This document shows positions 62,050-64,000 of a stretch of 64,000 bases of DNA, piece after piece; the stretch's first letter is position 1; each line of letters opens with the position of its first letter. A program made the translations under genes and the position numbers. This stretch comes from Malacoraja senta. Taxonomy: Eukaryota. The notes below the pieces were generated by a model. That model ran no database searches, had not been told where the DNA came from, and saw only the letters and a program-made list of their open reading frames with translations. The DNA lies in assembly GCA_038087875.1 (NCBI GenBank), contig JAXLNO010000406.1:1-64000 (forward strand). Direction: 5' to 3'.

Positions 62050-62461
62050 ATGTCTTTGGTCCCGGGTCCAAAGTCAGGAACCACTTCTATTTCAAGGTTC
62101 CTTGTCACCTTAACAATTAATATTTGTGGGGGGGGGGTCAAATATGGGGCAGAAATCCCATTCACAACAGACGGACGCGAAACAAGTTTCATTTAACCAG
62201 CAAATTATTAATTGTAAAGTCACAAGGAACTTGGAAATAGAACTGGTTAAAAGAATGTCATGCAATTGTAATTGAATTTGGGGATGTGAATGCAATCATT
62301 TTTTTTATCGATCTTCACCACCTCGATGAACTCGGACTTGGAGTTAACTACTTCTCTTTTCACAGATACTGCCTGGCCCGCAGAGGTTTTTGTAACATTG
62401 TTTGCTTTTCTTACAGATTTGTGACACCTGCAGTATTTCTTCGATTTTCATGGGCACCTAC

Positions 62462-62467
62462 AATAAA
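62462..62467 (+). promoter_or_regulatory. Candidate polyadenylation signal of TRIM gene B
   Basis: AATAAA about 410 nt after the stop, just before a CR1 insertion. Confidence 0.4.
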
Positions 62468-62497
62468 CAAATATCGCAAAAAATTTGAAGAGAATAT

Positions 62498-63000
62498 GAG
62501 AGAGTACAGAGAAGGTTCACCAGACTGATTCCTGTGATGTCAGGACTTTCATATGAAGAAAGACTGGATAGACTCGGCTTGTACTCGCTAGAATTTAGAA
62601 GATTGAGGGGGGATCTTATAAAAACTTACAAAATTCATAAGGGGTTGGACAGGCTAGATGCAGGAAGATTGCTCCCGATGTTGGGGAAGTCCAGAACAAG
62701 GTGTCACAGTTTAAGGATAAGGGGGAAATCTTTTAGGACCGAGATGAGAAAAACACACAGAGAGTGGTGAATCTCTGGAATTCTCTGCCACAGAAGGTAG
62801 TTGAGGCCAGTTCATTTGCTATAGTTAAGAGGGAGTTAGATGTGGCCATTGTGGCTAAAGGTATCAGGGGGTATGGAGAGAAGGCATGTACAGGATACTG
62901 AGTTGGATGATCAGCCATGATCATATTGAATGGCGGTGCAGGCTCGAAGGGCCGAATGGCCTACTCCTGCACCTATTTTCTATGTTTCTATGTTTCTATG
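62498..63000 (+). mobile_element. CR1 LINE 3' fragment (young subfamily)
   Basis: MSGLSYEERLDRLGLYSLEFRR...; TTTCTATG tail. Confidence 0.9.
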
Positions 63001-63231
63001 AAGTGTGGGCAGATTCGGATTGGGACGGGGAGATCTTCCTGGAGTCTTCTTGGGATACTAATGGAAATTACCCCCCCCCCCCCAACCCCGCCCCCCGTTC
63101 ATAAAATACCAAAGGGTGTCAGCTTTTTTTATTCAGCAGACTTCTCAATCAGAAAACAAAATCTCTTCTTGTTATGTGGTCCATGGCTCGTGACGGTGAG
63201 AAATCCCCACCCTCACTGCAGATAGCTGTGG

Positions 63232-63530
63232 AGGTGGCACAGTGGTAGAGTTGCTGCCTCACAGCGCTAGAGACACGGGTTCCATCCTGACGATTGGTGC
63301 TATCTGTACTGAGTTTGCACGTTCTAACCGTGATCGTGTGAGTTTTCTCCGGGTACTCCGGTTTCCCCCCACAATCCAAGGGCGTTCACGTTTGTAGGTT
63401 AATGCGCTTCGGTGAAATTGTAAATTGTTCCTTGTGTCTAGGATAGTGCTATTGTATGGGGTGATCGCTGGTTGGCGAGAAATTCCGTGGGGGGGATGGT
63501 CTGTTTCCGTGCTGTATCGCGAAAGTCTAA
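63232..63530 (+). mobile_element. HE1-type SINE
   Basis: GTGGCACAGTGGTAGAGTTGCTGCCTCACAGCG head; CTGTTTCCGTGCTGTATC tail. Confidence 0.82.
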
Positions 63531-64000
63531 AGGTACACTTGCCAATATCTGAGCAGCTTACAGTCAGGTCTATTTAGCAGCAGTTCCGAATTCTTGCTTG
63601 GTGTGTGATGATATTTCAGCCGAGAAATAAAACGGTTGAATTTATATTCATATTGTTTTGGTAATTTTCTTCATACAATGATTCGGAAGCCATAATTGAC
63701 AGTAGATTAAGGCACATAACGCATCGTACAGGATATTCAACTGATGGTCTGTATTTTTATGATGTATGTAATTCTGATACGATTTATAATCGATACGAAA
63801 AAATGACAGAACTTTTATGAAGCACAATGTAGTTAATATTTTCATGCATATATGTATGCAAACTATTGTCATAAATGATGGAGTTGCTTAAAATACTGTG
63901 TGAGTGGAAGCAAATAATAAATGATGCCAAAATGCAACTAAACTGGTTACTCAAGTGCGATTCAATAATATAAAAATAAGAAATCAAAGCAGGTCCCACA

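Noticed and set aside
63560..64000. Possible DNA-transposon fragment at the window end
   Set aside because: AT-rich, with no TIR or coding motif identifiable within the window.

Overview
Repeat-dense vertebrate genomic DNA, most likely from a skate or other elasmobranch, inferred from HE1-type SINEs and HER1/CR1 LINEs. The host genes are two paralogous six-exon TRIM genes (RING, B-box, coiled coil, PRY/SPRY; TRIM39/A33/NF7-like) arranged head-to-head about 10.2 kb apart. The + strand copy (55147-62049) is intact: a 1416-nt CDS encoding 471 aa, with all introns GT-AG. The - strand copy (44960-23526) has intact exons 1-4. A 1-nt deletion in exon 5 creates a stop 27 nt before the last junction, and the PRY/SPRY exon is decayed, so it is a pseudogene or a 284-aa RBCC-only TRIM. 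Most of the rest is transposable elements: many CR1 LINE fragments of several ages, a long-ORF AT-rich Crack/L2-group LINE, and an L2 LINE in a three-level CR1>L2>CR1 nest. There are also Rex1 and Penelope fragments (with about a dozen minimal hammerhead-ribozyme-like motifs), HE1 SINEs, hAT- and Harbinger-like non-autonomous DNA transposons, and mini/microsatellites. All calls are by eye; no database search was run, and repeat boundaries are approximate.
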